Shown one piece after another: positions 23,810 through 36,468 of a stretch of DNA of 64,000 nt. Position 1 is the stretch's first letter. The number at the start of each line of letters is the position of its first letter. Below the pieces are notes generated by a model, which worked only from the letters and a program-made list of their open reading frames with translations, was not told the DNA's origin and ran no database searches. The DNA lies in assembly GCA_026399375.1 (NCBI GenBank), contig JAPLRD010000036.1, positions 2,078-66,077 on the forward strand, in the 5' to 3' direction. The position numbers and the translations under genes were made by a program. Source of the stretch: Pseudomonadota bacterium. Lineage in GTDB: Bacteria; Pseudomonadota; Gammaproteobacteria; Burkholderiales; SG8-39.

Positions 23810-23843
23810 GCCCCAAGGCGCTCTTTGCCTTGGGGCGTCTTTT
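23810..23843 (+). terminator. Rho-independent terminator
   Basis: gccccaagg-cgctctttg-ccttggggc is followed by gtcttttgcg. Confidence 0.6.
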
Positions 23844-23951
23844 GCGTTAGATTGCGCAATCCAAATTGCCCCGCGGGCGGCGCTGGTCTGGAACCGCGCC
23901 GACCAGCGTGTGATTCGCTTGCCCGAAATCGTAGAGTCCTGAACCTGATCG

Positions 23952-25112
23952 ATGACCATAGAGATTCTGGTGACCAAACCAAAGAAACTGATTATTCTTG
24001 CTGCCCTCGGCGCTGCGGTACTTGCCGGCAGCCTGCTGACTTTCCGTGGTTCGGAGACTTACGCACAGGAGGCCAAGCCTGCGAAAGCGGCGCCGTCGGT
24101 TCCGGTCTCCGTCGCGACAGTCGTGCAACAAAGCGTGCCGGTGCGGATACAGGCGATCGGCAACGTCGAGGCTTATGCGACGGTCGCGCTCAAGGCGCGG
24201 GTGGACGGGCAGATCGTCACCGTCAACTTCAAGGAAGGCCAGGAAGTGAAGAAAGGAGCGGCGCTGTTCAAGATCGATTCGCGCCCGTTCGAAGCCACAC
24301 TGCGCCAGGCCGAAGCAAACCTGATGCGCGACACCGCGCAAAAGGAACAGACCCTCTCGCAGGAAAAGCGCTACAAGGAACTTCTCGAGAAAAACTTCGT
24401 TTCCAAGGAAGCGTATGCGCAGATTCGCACCAACGCCGACTCCGCCGGAGCCTCGGCGCTCGCCAGCAAAGCCGCGGTGGAGAACGCAAAACTGCAGCTC
24501 GAGTACTGCACCATACACTCGCCCATCGACGGTTTCGTCGGCAAAGTCATGCTGCAGATGGGCAATATGGTCAAGGCCAACGATACCAACCCGCTGGTGA
24601 TCATCAACCAGGTGCGTCCGATCTACGTGAATTTCGCCGTGCCGGAGCAGCATCTGTCTGCGATACGCGGCTATATGAACAAGGCGCAGCTGGCGGTCGA
24701 AGCCCTGCCGCCGAATTCGGACAAGCCGGCCGTGCCCGGCACTCTGAGTTTCATCGACAATGCGGTCGACACCACCACCGGAACGATCAAGCTGAAAGCG
24801 GTGTTCCCGAACAAGGACAACGCGCTCTGGCCGGGGCAATTCGTCGGCACCAGCCTCAGGCTTTACGACCAGAAAGAGGCGCTGGTCGTCCCTTCCCAAT
24901 CGGTGCAGACCGGACCGAAAGGTCAGTACGTCTACTTGGTCAAACCGGACATGACCACCGAACTGCGCATCGTCGAAGTGGACCGCAACGATGGTGAAAA
25001 CGCCATCATCGCGAAAGGCGTGCAAAAAGGCGAGCAGGTTGTCGTCAAGGGCCAGCTGCGTTTGGCGCCAGGCCTAAAGGTTGTGATCGCCAAGCCGGCC
25101 GAAAAGAAATGA
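23952..25112 (+). CDS. RND efflux periplasmic adaptor (membrane fusion protein)
   Basis: 386 aa. The MdtA/AcrA-like lipoyl and hairpin region ..[32 protein letters not shown].. is present. The 3' end overlaps the downstream RND pump gene. Confidence 0.9.
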   Translation: MTIEILVTKPKKLIILAALGAAVLAGSLLTFRGSETYAQEAKPAKAAPSVPVSVATVVQQSVPVRIQAIGNVEAYATVALKARVDGQIVTVNFKEGQEVKKGAALFKIDSRPFEATLRQAEANLMRDTAQKEQTLSQEKRYKELLEKNFVSKEAYAQIRTNADSAGASALASKAAVENAKLQLEYCTIHSPIDGFVGKVMLQMGNMVKANDTNPLVIINQVRPIYVNFAVPEQHLSAIRGYMNKAQLAVEALPPNSDKPAVPGTLSFIDNAVDTTTGTIKLKAVFPNKDNALWPGQFVGTSLRLYDQKEALVVPSQSVQTGPKGQYVYLVKPDMTTELRIVEVDRNDGENAIIAKGVQKGEQVVVKGQLRLAPGLKVVIAKPAEKK

Positions 25113-28100
25113 ACATCGCATCGCTGTTCGTGCGCCGGCCGGTCATGACCATCCTGGTCATGACCGGGATCGTGATTTTCGGTCTGGCCGGCTACCGCCT
25201 GCTGCCGGTGAGCCAACTGCCCAATGTCGACTTTCCCACCATACAGGTGACGGCGGAACTTCCGGGTGCCAGCCCCGAGACCATGGCTTCCGCGGTAGCA
25301 ACGGTCCTGGAGAAACAGTTTTCAACGATCGCCGGCGTAGACACCATGACCTCGGTCAGCGGCCAGGGAACCACGGCGATCACCATCCAATTCGCGCTTG
25401 ACCGCGACATCGATGCCGCCGCCCAGGACGTCAACTCGGCCGTCGCTTCCGCTGCGCGGCAGCTGCCCGCAGCCATGCCGGCGCCGCCGTCGTTTCGCAA
25501 GGTCAATCCAGACGACTTTCCGGTGTATTACCTTGCACTCACCTCGGATGTGCTGCCGCTGTCGACGGTCAACGAATACGCCGAAACCTTCCTCGCACAG
25601 CGCATCTCGACCATCAGCGGGGTGGCGCAGGTGCAGGTTTTCGGGCAGCAGAAGTACGCGGTGCGGGTGCAGGTGGATCCGAATCTACTCGCTTCGCGCG
25701 GTGTGGGCATCAACGAAGTCGAAACGGCCATCGCCCAGGCCAACGTCAACCTGCCCACCGGCACGCTCTATGGCAAGGACCGCATGTTCGCGGTGCAGGC
25801 GACCGGGCAGTTGTTCAACGCGGCCGCCTTCCGGCCTATCATCGTCACCTATCGCAACGGTTCGCCGGTGCGCATGAACGAGGTTGGCCGAGTCATCGAC
25901 TCGGTGCAAAGCGACAAGGTCGCGGCCTGGTTCAAAGGCAAACGGGGCATCGTTCTGGCGATCCAGCGCCAGCCGGGCACCAACACCATCGCGGTGGTGG
26001 AATCGATCAAGAAGCTGCTGCCGACCTTCCGCGCGGAAGTGCCCGCGGGCATCGACATCAACATTCTGTACGACCGCTCGGTCACCATCCGCGGCTCGGT
26101 GGAAGAGGTGGAATTCACCCTTATCCTTTCGCTGGCGCTGGTGGTGATGGTGATTTTCATATTCCTGCGCAACATTCCGGCGACCATCATTCCCAGCGTC
26201 GCCCTGCCCTTGTCCATCATCGGCACGTTCGCGGCAATGTACCTGTTCGGCTACAGCCTGGACAACATCTCGCTCATGGCGCTGACGCTTTCGGTCGGTT
26301 TTGTCGTGGATGACGCGATCGTCATGCTGGAGAACATCACCCGCCATATCGAAATGGGCAAGAGCCGCTGGCAGGCTACGCTTGACGGCTCGGCGGAAAT
26401 CGGCTTTACCATCGTTTCCATGACGATTTCGCTGATCGCGGTATTCATCCCGGTGCTGTTCATGGGTGGCATCCTCGGGCGGCTGCTGCATGAATTCGCG
26501 GTAGTCATCATGGTCGCGGTGCTGATTTCGGGCTTCGTTTCACTCACCCTGACGCCGATGATGTGCAGCCGCATCCTCAAACCCCACACCGGTGAAAAGC
26601 ATGGATATCTGTTCATGCTGTTCGAGCGCGGCTTCGAGGCGGTCAAGGCCGCTTATGCCTACACATTGAGCTGGACGCTGAAACACGGACGCTTCACCAT
26701 GGTGCTGTTTGTCGGCATTGTCGTGCTCACCGGTTTTCTGTTCGTCAAAATGCCCAAGGGCTTTCTGCCGAGCGAGGACTCGGGACAGTTGTTCTGCTTC
26801 ACCGAAGCGCCGCAGGACGTCTCCTTTGATGCGATGGCCAGCCTGCAGACCCAAGTGGCCGAGATCATCCGACAGGACCCCAATGTCGAAGCCGTGATGT
26901 CCTTCGTCGGCGCGACCGGCTTCAATCCGGCGCTCAACGTCGGCCGCATCACCATCACGCTCAAACCGCGCGCTCAGCGCAAGTCCGCCGAAGAGGTGAT
27001 CCGCGGGCTGCGGCCCAAGGTCAATACGGTGCTCGGCATCAAGGCTTTCATGCAGAACGTGCCGGCGATCCGCATCGGCGGCCAGCTCACCAAGAGCCCT
27101 TACCAGTACGTGTTACAGGGCGCGAGCACCGAGGAGCTCTACCGCTGGGTTCCGCTGATCGAGGAAAAGCTTAAGACCCTGCCTGCGCTGATCGACGTCG
27201 GCAGCGATCTGCAGATCACCCGGCCACAAGTAACCGTAGATATCGACCGGGAGAAGGCGTCCGCGCTCGGGGTGAGCGCGCAGCAGATCGAGATGGCGCT
27301 CAACAACGCCTACGGCGCGCACCAGGTATCCACCATTTACACCGCGACCAACCAATACTGGGTGATGCTGGAACTCGATCCGCGCTTCCAGACCGATCCT
27401 TCGGTCCTCGGCATGCTTTACGTGCGCTCCTCCACAGGTGCGCTGGTGCCGCTCAATGCCCTGGCCAAAATGACCTACGGCGTCGGCCCGCTCTCGGTCA
27501 GCCACCTGGGCCAGTTGCCGTCGGTCACCTTCTCCTTCGATCTGCGTCCCGGCGTCGCGCTGTCGCAGGCGATCGAGGAAATCAACCGCGCCACGCAGGA
27601 ACTGCAGGTCCCCCCCACACTGAACACCACCTTCCAGGGGACGGCACAGGCTTTCCAGGCCTCGCTGAAGGGCATGGGGTTGCTGCTGCTGCTGGCTATC
27701 GTGGTGATCTATCTCGTGCTCGGCATTCTGTACGAGAGTTTTGTCCACCCGCTGACCATACTCTCAGGCCTGCCGACAGCAGCGCTGGGAGCGCTCCTTA
27801 CTCTGCTCGCTTTCGGTGTCGAGCTCAACATGTACGCCTTCGTCGGCATGATCATGCTGATCGGCATCGTAAAGAAGAACGCGATCATGATGATCGATTT
27901 CGCGATCGAAGCGCAGAGGAAGGAGGGCAAAAGGCCCGCCGAAGCGATCTACGAAGCGTGCATCGTCCGCTTTCGTCCGATCATGATGACCACCATGGCG
28001 GCGCTGATGGGGAGCCTGCCGATCGCGATGTCCATCGGCGCCGGCGGCGACGCGAGAAAACCCCTGGGCCTTGCGGTCGTCGGCGGACTCGCCGTATCCC

Positions 28101-28222
28101 AGGTGCTTACCCTGTACATCACGCCGGTGATCTATATGTACTTCGAACGCATGCAGGAATGGCTGGCGAGCCGGCGTGCTCCGCCTCAATTGGCCGAACC
28201 CAGCCTCGACATACCTGAATAA
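25109..28222 (+). CDS. RND family multidrug efflux permease (MdtB/MdtC/AcrB-like)
   Basis: 1037 aa with the N-terminus [12 protein letters not shown], a 12-TM architecture and two large periplasmic loops. Confidence 0.95.
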   Translation: MNIASLFVRRPVMTILVMTGIVIFGLAGYRLLPVSQLPNVDFPTIQVTAELPGASPETMASAVATVLEKQFSTIAGVDTMTSVSGQGTTAITIQFALDRDIDAAAQDVNSAVASAARQLPAAMPAPPSFRKVNPDDFPVYYLALTSDVLPLSTVNEYAETFLAQRISTISGVAQVQVFGQQKYAVRVQVDPNLLASRGVGINEVETAIAQANVNLPTGTLYGKDRMFAVQATGQLFNAAAFRPIIVTYRNGSPVRMNEVGRVIDSVQSDKVAAWFKGKRGIVLAIQRQPGTNTIAVVESIKKLLPTFRAEVPAGIDINILYDRSVTIRGSVEEVEFTLILSLALVVMVIFIFLRNIPATIIPSVALPLSIIGTFAAMYLFGYSLDNISLMALTLSVGFVVDDAIVMLENITRHIEMGKSRWQATLDGSAEIGFTIVSMTISLIAVFIPVLFMGGILGRLLHEFAVVIMVAVLISGFVSLTLTPMMCSRILKPHTGEKHGYLFMLFERGFEAVKAAYAYTLSWTLKHGRFTMVLFVGIVVLTGFLFVKMPKGFLPSEDSGQLFCFTEAPQDVSFDAMASLQTQVAEIIRQDPNVEAVMSFVGATGFNPALNVGRITITLKPRAQRKSAEEVIRGLRPKVNTVLGIKAFMQNVPAIRIGGQLTKSPYQYVLQGASTEELYRWVPLIEEKLKTLPALIDVGSDLQITRPQVTVDIDREKASALGVSAQQIEMALNNAYGAHQVSTIYTATNQYWVMLELDPRFQTDPSVLGMLYVRSSTGALVPLNALAKMTYGVGPLSVSHLGQLPSVTFSFDLRPGVALSQAIEEINRATQELQVPPTLNTTFQGTAQAFQASLKGMGLLLLLAIVVIYLVLGILYESFVHPLTILSGLPTAALGALLTLLAFGVELNMYAFVGMIMLIGIVKKNAIMMIDFAIEAQRKEGKRPAEAIYEACIVRFRPIMMTTMAALMGSLPIAMSIGAGGDARKPLGLAVVGGLAVSQVLTLYITPVIYMYFERMQEWLASRRAPPQLAEPSLDIPE

Positions 28223-28271
28223 GCCGTGGGGTTCTTCGGTTTCCGCCGCGGTTCGCGCGCTATCTGCAACA

Positions 28272-28916
28272 CTAGCGCTGGCTCGTAGCTCGCAATTCGG
28301 GTTCCCGGCGGCGCGCCACGGCCGTTGCGGCGCTTTCGCGTGCGTAATAGAGCAGGCGCAATCCCAGGAGCACAACCAGCACGGCGGCATAGACCGCCGG
28401 CTGGGTAATGTCCCGCTTCACCAGCCACCAGTAATGAATCACACCCCCGACTCCGACCGCGTAGACCAGACGGTGCAGGGCCAGCCATTTCTTCGCCCCC
28501 AGCTTTTTCACCATGGCGCTGGTGGAAGTCGCCGCCAACGGCACCAGCAATAGAAAGCTGGTGAAGCCGGCGGTAATGAAGGGCCGCTTGACCACGTCCT
28601 TGACCATGGCGCCCAGATCGAAAAACTGGTCCAGCCAGACGTAGGTAATGAAATGCAGGACCGCGTAGAAGAATGCGTACAGGCCGAGCATGCGGCGCAA
28701 TCGAAGCAGCCAGTTCCAGCCGGTAAGTTTTCTCAGCGGCGTGACACAGAGCGTGATCAGCAGGAAACTCAGCGTCCAGGTGCCGGTGGACCGGGTGATC
28801 GCCTCGATCGGATTCGCGCCCAAAGCGCCGGCGAATGCGCCGACCGCCAGACGCGCCAGCGGGCACAAGGCGAGGACGAAGACTGCAGCCTTGATCCAGG
28901 CAATCTGCGCTCCCAC
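28272..28916 (-). CDS. msrQ: Protein-methionine-sulfoxide reductase heme-binding subunit
   Basis: 214 aa membrane protein with conserved His residues (..AVLHFITYVW.., ..LHRLVYAV..). It lies immediately downstream of msrP. Confidence 0.9.
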   Translation of the reverse strand: MGAQIAWIKAAVFVLALCPLARLAVGAFAGALGANPIEAITRSTGTWTLSFLLITLCVTPLRKLTGWNWLLRLRRMLGLYAFFYAVLHFITYVWLDQFFDLGAMVKDVVKRPFITAGFTSFLLLVPLAATSTSAMVKKLGAKKWLALHRLVYAVGVGGVIHYWWLVKRDITQPAVYAAVLVVLLGLRLLYYARESAATAVARRREPELRATSQR

Positions 28917-28929
28917 CGGATTCAGGCCC

Positions 28930-29883
<954 letters not shown>

Positions 29884-29895
29884 GGGCCGCGGGTT

Positions 29896-30642
29896 CTATG
29901 GATTGATCTGGCGATAGACGACGGTGGCCACCGCGAGCAGGCTCGCGCGATCCATTTCTCCGGAAAGGGCGTAGCCGAGCTTGCCGTCGATCCAGTAGAA
30001 CACCGACACCTTTTCTTCCTGGCTGAAGCGAAAGGCGGTGTCCCTCGGCTCGGCGTCCCTCAGCGAAACGTAGAGGGTAATGCGCTGCCCTCTTGCGTCC
30101 TGGTACATGAACTGCGCCACCGGCCCCTTGCCGCCGGGCAGCAACCGCCCGCCCACGAGGTCGAAGCCCTGCTGCGTCAGCACCGGCGCCTTGAGCTCGC
30201 TTCCCAGGCGCTTGGACAGCCATTTCACCAGATGCTCCTGCTGATCCGCGCCGACTTCGACCGGATGCCGCACTTCGGGCGCGTACACGGCGTACGCGAC
30301 GGCGGCCCGCCGCGGCAAGGCCGCGGCCTCTACAATCGGATCGGTCCGGTAGGACTGCGCCATCCATCCAAGCGCGAAGGAAAGACCCATCGCACCCGCC
30401 GCAAGCGCATAGGACGGCCAGCGCCTGCGCGAGGCGCGCAGCGCAAGCAGGCGCTGCGGCACGGGTTCGTTCAGCACCGGGTTGTAAAGCGCGCGCAGCG
30501 CTTCATTCTGCTCGCGCCAGACGTGCACGCTTTCGGCCGCCGCCGGATCGTGTGCAAGATGCGCTTCCACCTGGAGGCGGCGCGCGTCATCCAGCTGCCC
30601 GTCGGCATAAGCGTGGAGATCGGTTTCGATGATATTGCTCAT
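29896..30642 (-). CDS. Single-pass anti-sigma factor (COG5662-like)
   Basis: Start at MSNIIETDLHAYADGQLD overlaps the sigma stop (ATGA). There is one TM (WPSYALAAGAMGLSFALGW) and a periplasmic C-terminal domain. The track ORF extends upstream to 30843. Confidence 0.8.
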   Translation of the reverse strand: MSNIIETDLHAYADGQLDDARRLQVEAHLAHDPAAAESVHVWREQNEALRALYNPVLNEPVPQRLLALRASRRRWPSYALAAGAMGLSFALGWMAQSYRTDPIVEAAALPRRAAVAYAVYAPEVRHPVEVGADQQEHLVKWLSKRLGSELKAPVLTQQGFDLVGGRLLPGGKGPVAQFMYQDARGQRITLYVSLRDAEPRDTAFRFSQEEKVSVFYWIDGKLGYALSGEMDRASLLAVATVVYRQINP

Positions 30643-31151
30643 TTCACTACTTTTAGGTTCGTTGCCGAATTCGCCTCGGCCAGACCCGTGCCGGACATCA
30701 GAACACGCAGACGCTCCCGGCCGCGCGACAAGCGCGACATGACGGTGCCGATCGGGACATCCAGCGCCTGGCTCGCTTCGGCGTAACTCAGTTGTTCCAG
30801 GCCGACCAGCAGAAGCACCTCGCGCTGCTCGGCCGGCAGGCACCTCAGCGCCGCGTCCAGGTCGCGCAATTGCAGCGGGTCGGACTGCGGCGGCGCCTCC
30901 AGAGACGCTTCACTCGCTTCGTCCAGCGCGAATTCGCGCCGAGCCTTGATCTGATTGATGAACACGTTGTGCATGATGGAGAACATCCAGGCGCGCAGAT
31001 CGCTGCCGTGGCGCCAGAGATGAAACTTGGCCAGCGCGCGCTCGAGTGTGTCCTGGACCAGGTCATCGGCCCTGTGACTGTCCCCCGCCAGCGCGCGCGC
31101 GTAGCGCCGCAGGCGGGGGATATGCTCGGCGATAGCAGCGCTGTCCATCAA
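30639..31151 (-). CDS. ECF (group IV) sigma-70 factor
   Basis: 170 aa. Region 2 is DDLVQDTLERA..LRAWMFSIMHN. Region 4 is SYAEASQALDVPIGTVMSRLSRGRERL. Confidence 0.92.
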   Translation of the reverse strand: MMDSAAIAEHIPRLRRYARALAGDSHRADDLVQDTLERALAKFHLWRHGSDLRAWMFSIMHNVFINQIKARREFALDEASEASLEAPPQSDPLQLRDLDAALRCLPAEQREVLLLVGLEQLSYAEASQALDVPIGTVMSRLSRGRERLRVLMSGTGLAEANSATNLKVVK

Positions 31152-31172
31152 CGTATCATATCAACGCCGGGC

Positions 31173-31583
31173 CTAGCGCGTAACGGTGTGCCAGACGTTG
31201 TTGACGCCGTCGCCAGTCTTGTCGCCGGGTTTCTGGTCCTTGATCCAGAGGTACACCGGCCTGCCCTGAAACGCCCACTGCCGCAAGCCGTCGTCCCGAA
31301 CGACCACCGACCAGTCGCCGGAACCGGTGTCCGCGGATGAGGCGCCGAGCGGCGGCCAGTTCGCCGCGCACGGCCCGTTGCAGGCGCTCTTGCCGCTGCC
31401 GGCGACATCCCGGTCAAAGGCGTACAGGGTCATGCCGGCCGAGCTAACCAGCACGCCGGAGGAGGCGATGGTTGTGGATCCCGCGCCGTCGAATCTTGCG
31501 CCCATGGGCGCGCTGCCCAGGCTCGCCTGCGTGCAGGCGCCGAGTACCGCCACAAGCAATGCTGCTGCCAATGCCGTTTTCAT
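31173..31583 (-). CDS. Predicted lipoprotein with two Yx(FWY)xxD motifs (COG4315 family)
   Basis: Start at MKTALAAALLVAVLGAC (lipobox). Motifs LYAFDRD and VYLWIKD, plus CNGPCAANWPP. It ends 21 nt upstream of the ECF sigma gene. Confidence 0.8.
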   Translation of the reverse strand: MKTALAAALLVAVLGACTQASLGSAPMGARFDGAGSTTIASSGVLVSSAGMTLYAFDRDVAGSGKSACNGPCAANWPPLGASSADTGSGDWSVVVRDDGLRQWAFQGRPVYLWIKDQKPGDKTGDGVNNVWHTVTR

Positions 31584-31778
31584 GCTGCCCCCGTCGGTTG
31601 TGAAAAAGGTGTCACGCATGTCCGAACAGCCTGGCGGCCGCATTTATTCCTGTGTCCGGAAAATTCAGCCGACCTTCGGGTTGTTCCAACGCGGCGAACT
31701 CTATAAACTCCTTTCAATGTAGCGTTCTCAAGCGATGCGCCGCGGCAAAAGCCGCAACATTTTCCGACTTCGACTTCG

Positions 31779-33386
31779 ATGCCACCCATGCCGTCTGAAC
31801 CGATCTACGATTACGTCATAGTCGGTGCGGGTTCCGCGGGCTGCGTGCTTGCCAACCGCCTGACGGCGAACGGGCGTTACCGGGTACTCCTGCTGGAAGC
31901 CGGTCCGCGCGATCGCGATCCGTGGATCCATGTGCCGCTCGGCTACGGCAAGCTGTTCAACAAATCATCGGTCAACTGGCGCTACAACTCGGAACCGGAG
32001 CCGGAACTCAACGGGCGGCAGGTGTATTCGCCGCGGGGCAAGGTGCTGGGCGGATCTTCCTCGATCAACGGCCTCGTTTATATTCGCGGCCAGCGCGAGG
32101 ACTTCGACGAGTGGGGAATTCCCGGCTGGGGTTTCGGGGACCTGCTGCCCTATTTCAAACGCAGCGAAGACCAGAGCCGGGGGGCGAACGAATGGCACGG
32201 CGTCGGCGGTCCGCAGGCAGTCAGCGATCTGCCCGACCGGCATGAACTGTGCGACGCCTTCATCGCCGCCGCGGGCGAGGTCGGCATACCGCGCAACGAC
32301 GATTTCAACGGTGCCGCACAGGAAGGCGCAGGCTATTATCAGGCCACCACCAGAAACGGCCGGCGCTCCAGCACGGCGACCGGATTCCTGCGGCCCGCCG
32401 AACGCAGACCGAACCTGACCGTCCTCACCGGTGCCCTCACCACGCGCGTGCTGTTCGAGGGCAAGCGTGCCGTCGGCGTGGAGTACCGCCGCGGCGGCAC
32501 GCTGCAGCAGGCGCGCGCGGCGCGCGAAGTGCTGCTTGCGGCGGGCGCGTTCAATTCGCCGCAGTTGCTGCAGCTGTCCGGCCTGGGTTCGCCCGCATTG
32601 CTCGCAGCGCACGGCATACCGGTAGTCGCCGACCTGCTCGGCGTCGGGGAAGCGCTGCAGGATCATTTCTACGTGCGCACCATCTGGCGCTGCACGCAGC
32701 CGATCACCTTCAACGACGACATGGCGAGCTGGTGGCGCACCGCAGGCATCGGATTGAAGTACCTGATCGCCCGCCGCGGCCCGCTGACGGTCAGTGCGGG
32801 CTACGCCGGCGCGTTCGCACGCACGCGGCCCGAGCTCTCGCGGCCCGACGTACAACTCTATTTCATCAATTTCAGCCTGCCGAAAGCGGGCGAGAAGCTG
32901 CACCCGTTTTCGGCGTTCACCTGTTCCATGTGCCCGATGCGGCCGCAGGCGCGGGGCTCGGTGCGCATCCGCTCGGCCGACCCGGGCGAGGCGCCTGCAA
33001 TCCGCTACAACTTCCTCTCCACCGAGGACGATCGGCGCACCGCCGTTGCCGGGTTGAAGCTGCTGCGCCGGCTGGTGCGCGCGCCGGCTCTGCGGCCGTA
33101 CGTCGCGGCCGAGGAATTGCCCGGAGAGCGCGTGCAGAGCGACGAGGACTGGCTCGCCTTCTGCCGCGAAGCGGGCGGCACCGTCTACCATCCGGTCGCC
33201 ACCTGCCGCATGGGAACGGATGCGGATGCGGTCACGGACGTGCGCCTGCGCGTGCGCGGCGTCGCCGGCCTGCGGGTGGTGGACGCATCGATCATGCCGT
33301 CGGTGATTTCCGGAAACATAAACGCCGCGGTGATCGCGGTGGCGGAGAAAGGCGCCGACCTGGTGCTCGAAGACGCGTCGCTTTAG
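31779..33386 (+). CDS. GMC family oxidoreductase (choline dehydrogenase-like)
   Basis: FAD fold YDYVIVGAGSAGCVLANRL, plus GKVLGGSSSINGLVY and the C-terminal ..GTCRMG.. motif. 535 aa. Confidence 0.9.
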   Translation: MPPMPSEPIYDYVIVGAGSAGCVLANRLTANGRYRVLLLEAGPRDRDPWIHVPLGYGKLFNKSSVNWRYNSEPEPELNGRQVYSPRGKVLGGSSSINGLVYIRGQREDFDEWGIPGWGFGDLLPYFKRSEDQSRGANEWHGVGGPQAVSDLPDRHELCDAFIAAAGEVGIPRNDDFNGAAQEGAGYYQATTRNGRRSSTATGFLRPAERRPNLTVLTGALTTRVLFEGKRAVGVEYRRGGTLQQARAAREVLLAAGAFNSPQLLQLSGLGSPALLAAHGIPVVADLLGVGEALQDHFYVRTIWRCTQPITFNDDMASWWRTAGIGLKYLIARRGPLTVSAGYAGAFARTRPELSRPDVQLYFINFSLPKAGEKLHPFSAFTCSMCPMRPQARGSVRIRSADPGEAPAIRYNFLSTEDDRRTAVAGLKLLRRLVRAPALRPYVAAEELPGERVQSDEDWLAFCREAGGTVYHPVATCRMGTDADAVTDVRLRVRGVAGLRVVDASIMPSVISGNINAAVIAVAEKGADLVLEDASL

Positions 33387-33436
33387 CACCTCCTTTGATA
33401 CAAATCGATTCGCCGCTATTTTTCGCGCCGTTGCCG

Positions 33437-33462
33437 TTGACACGCCCTTGCAGGTTTGACAC
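33437..33462 (+). promoter_or_regulatory. Direct repeat of TTGACAC upstream of the ABC binding-protein gene
   Basis: TTGACAC occurs at 33437-33443 and again at 33456-33462, about 50-75 nt upstream of the start codon. These could be -35 elements or regulator half-sites. Confidence 0.2.
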
Positions 33463-33512
33463 ACTGGGAAAAAAACATACACAAGCAGCATCCACATCCT
33501 GAGGAGAATTAC

Positions 33513-34823
33513 ATGAACACTTGGCGTTTTTGCGTCCGCGCCGCGTTTGCACTCGCGGCGGCAGCGTCTGCCGTCACGTCTTACGCGCAGCAAAAGGAAA
33601 TCAAGATCGGTGTGATCTACGACTACACCGGGCCGCTCGCCGCCGGCGGTTCGCTGCCGGGCGCGCAAGGGACCAAAGCCGCCATCGAGATGATCAACGA
33701 GCGCGGCGGCATCGAGGGCTACAAGATCAACGCCATCTACGCCGATGCGCAATCCAAGCCGGACGTGGCGATCAACGAGATGACGCGGCTGATCGAGCAG
33801 GAAAAAGTGGACCTGATCCTCGGCGTGTTCTCCAGCGCCCACTGCGTGCCGATGGCGCAACTCGCCGACCAGAAGAAGAAGGTGATGTGGGCCACCATCT
33901 GCGTCGCATCCAGCGTGGTCAAGGACAAGGGTCTGAGCCATTTCTTCCGCGTGCAGGTGCACTCCGATCAATACGGCGAAACCTCGTGCAAGTTTCTCAA
34001 TGAAAACGCCAAGGCCAAACTGGGCAAGGATCCGAAAGACCTCAAAGTGGCGATCATTTACGAGGACGGGCCCTACGGCGCGGGAATCGGCGGCAGCAAT
34101 GAAACCAACTGCAAGGCGCTGGGCATACAGGTGGCGCTGAAGGAAGGTTACTCGGCCACGGCACCGGACCTCTCCAGCCTGATCACCAAGCTGCGCCGGG
34201 CGCGCCCGGACGTGATCCTGCACACCGGCTACAACCCGGACATCACGCTGTTCTGGCGCCAGGCGCGCGAGCAGGGGCTGAAGTGGTCGGCGCTGATCGG
34301 CCACGGCGCGGGCTATGCGCAGTACGACAAGCTGCACGCGGCATTCGGCAAGGACGCGGAGTTCATCTACAACGTCGACCCTGCCGCCGCGCAGCTGCTC
34401 GATCCGAAGACTTTGAAGGCCGGCCTCGGCGACGTGACCAAGGAAATGGTCAAGCGCTACACCGCCCAGATCACGGACCGCAAAGTGGATGAAGTGCCGC
34501 CGCACGTTTCAATGGGCTTCAATCACACCTACGTCTTCCTCACCGACGTGTTGCCGCGCGCGATCAAGAAATACGGCGGCATCAGCACAGACGCGCTGCG
34601 CAAAGCGGCGCTCGACACGGACATTCCCGTGGGCGGGACAATCCAGGGTTATGGCGTCAAGTTCTTCCCGCCGGGTCACCAGATGTCCGGCCAGAACGAG
34701 CGCTCCGCGATGGTGGTAATGCAGTACATCAACAACGACACCAAGATCGTATGGCCGACGGCGATCAAGACTGCGGACCCGGTGCTGCCGCTGCCGAAGA
34801 ACCATTCTTACGCTCTGCAGTAG
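33513..34823 (+). CDS. Branched-chain amino acid (HAAT) family ABC transporter substrate-binding protein
   Basis: Start at MNTWRF is preceded by GAGGAG. It has a signal peptide and the type I PBP pattern KIGVIYDYTGPLA.. 436 aa. Confidence 0.9.
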   Translation: MNTWRFCVRAAFALAAAASAVTSYAQQKEIKIGVIYDYTGPLAAGGSLPGAQGTKAAIEMINERGGIEGYKINAIYADAQSKPDVAINEMTRLIEQEKVDLILGVFSSAHCVPMAQLADQKKKVMWATICVASSVVKDKGLSHFFRVQVHSDQYGETSCKFLNENAKAKLGKDPKDLKVAIIYEDGPYGAGIGGSNETNCKALGIQVALKEGYSATAPDLSSLITKLRRARPDVILHTGYNPDITLFWRQAREQGLKWSALIGHGAGYAQYDKLHAAFGKDAEFIYNVDPAAAQLLDPKTLKAGLGDVTKEMVKRYTAQITDRKVDEVPPHVSMGFNHTYVFLTDVLPRAIKKYGGISTDALRKAALDTDIPVGGTIQGYGVKFFPPGHQMSGQNERSAMVVMQYINNDTKIVWPTAIKTADPVLPLPKNHSYALQ

Positions 34824-34859
34824 CGCGGCCGCTGCTGCCTGGCGCTGCAGGTTTGTTCT

Positions 34860-34917
34860 CCGGACCGACACGTTCATTGCCGCTTGGGTAATGTCGCCGC
34901 CGGTCCGGTTTTGCTTC
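34860..34917 (+). terminator. Intra-operon hairpin/attenuator between the binding-protein and ATPase genes
   Basis: ccggaccgaca...tgtcg..ccggtccgg forms an imperfect long hairpin, followed by ttttgcttc. Confidence 0.5.
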
Positions 34918-34963
34918 TAGTTCCACCTTTGCAGGCGCGCTTGGGCGCGCGATTTCGGACGAT

Positions 34964-35727
34964 ATGCTGAGCGTCAGGGGAATCACCAAGGTTTTCGGCG
35001 GCTTCAAGGCCGTGGATCGCGTTTCCTTCGACGTGGGCGAAGGCGAGATCCTGGGGCTGATCGGTCCCAACGGCTCGGGCAAAAGCACCACCTTCAATCT
35101 GATCGCCGGCGCGCTCCCGCCCAGCAGCGGATCGATCAATTTTCTCGGCCGCGAAATCGCCGGTTCTCCGGCCAGCCACGTCGCTCGGTTCGGCATAGGG
35201 CGTACCTACCAGATTCCGCGCCCGTTCAAGAAACTTTCGCTGCTGGAAAATGTCGCACTGGCCGCGTACTACGGGCAAACCGAGCGGCCCTCGCGCGAGA
35301 AGGCGTACGCACAGGCGCAGGAGGCGCTCGGACTGGTGAGCCTGCCCGCCAGCGAACATGCGCGCATCGACGGCATGGGCGCAGCCGGCCTGAAAAAGCT
35401 CGAGCTCGCGCGAGCGCTGGCGACCCAGCCCAAGCTGCTGCTCGCCGACGAGAGCCTGGGCGGGCTGGACGAATCGGAAATGGACCAGGCGGCAGACATG
35501 CTGGCGATGATCCGTGACAAGCGCGGCGTCACCATCATCTGGGTGGAACACATCATGGGCGTGCTGATGCGCGTAGTCGACCGCTGTGTCGTGCTCGACC
35601 ACGGCGAGGTGATCGCCGAAGGCAAACCACAGGCAGTGGTGCACGATCCGCGCGTGATCGAAGTGTATCTGGGTACGGACGCGGGCGAAGTACAAAATAG
35701 CATTGCCCTGCGCCAAGGTGCGGCCAC

Positions 35728-35731
<4 letters not shown>
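34964..35731 (+). CDS. HAAT-family ABC transporter ATP-binding protein (LivG-like) with degenerate signature motif
   Basis: Walker A GPNGSGKST, Walker B LLLADE and H-loop VEHIM are present. The position of the LSYGQQR-type signature reads MGAAGLKK. Confidence 0.9.

Positions 35732-36467
<736 letters not shown>

Positions 36468-36468
<1 letters not shown>

Noticed and set aside
28223-28271. Search for a Met-rich MrpX-like peptide gene downstream of msrQ, as in the Azospira suillum system
   Set aside because: Only 49 nt separate msrQ from the end of the RND gene. No small Met-rich ORF is present there or between the other genes of the module.
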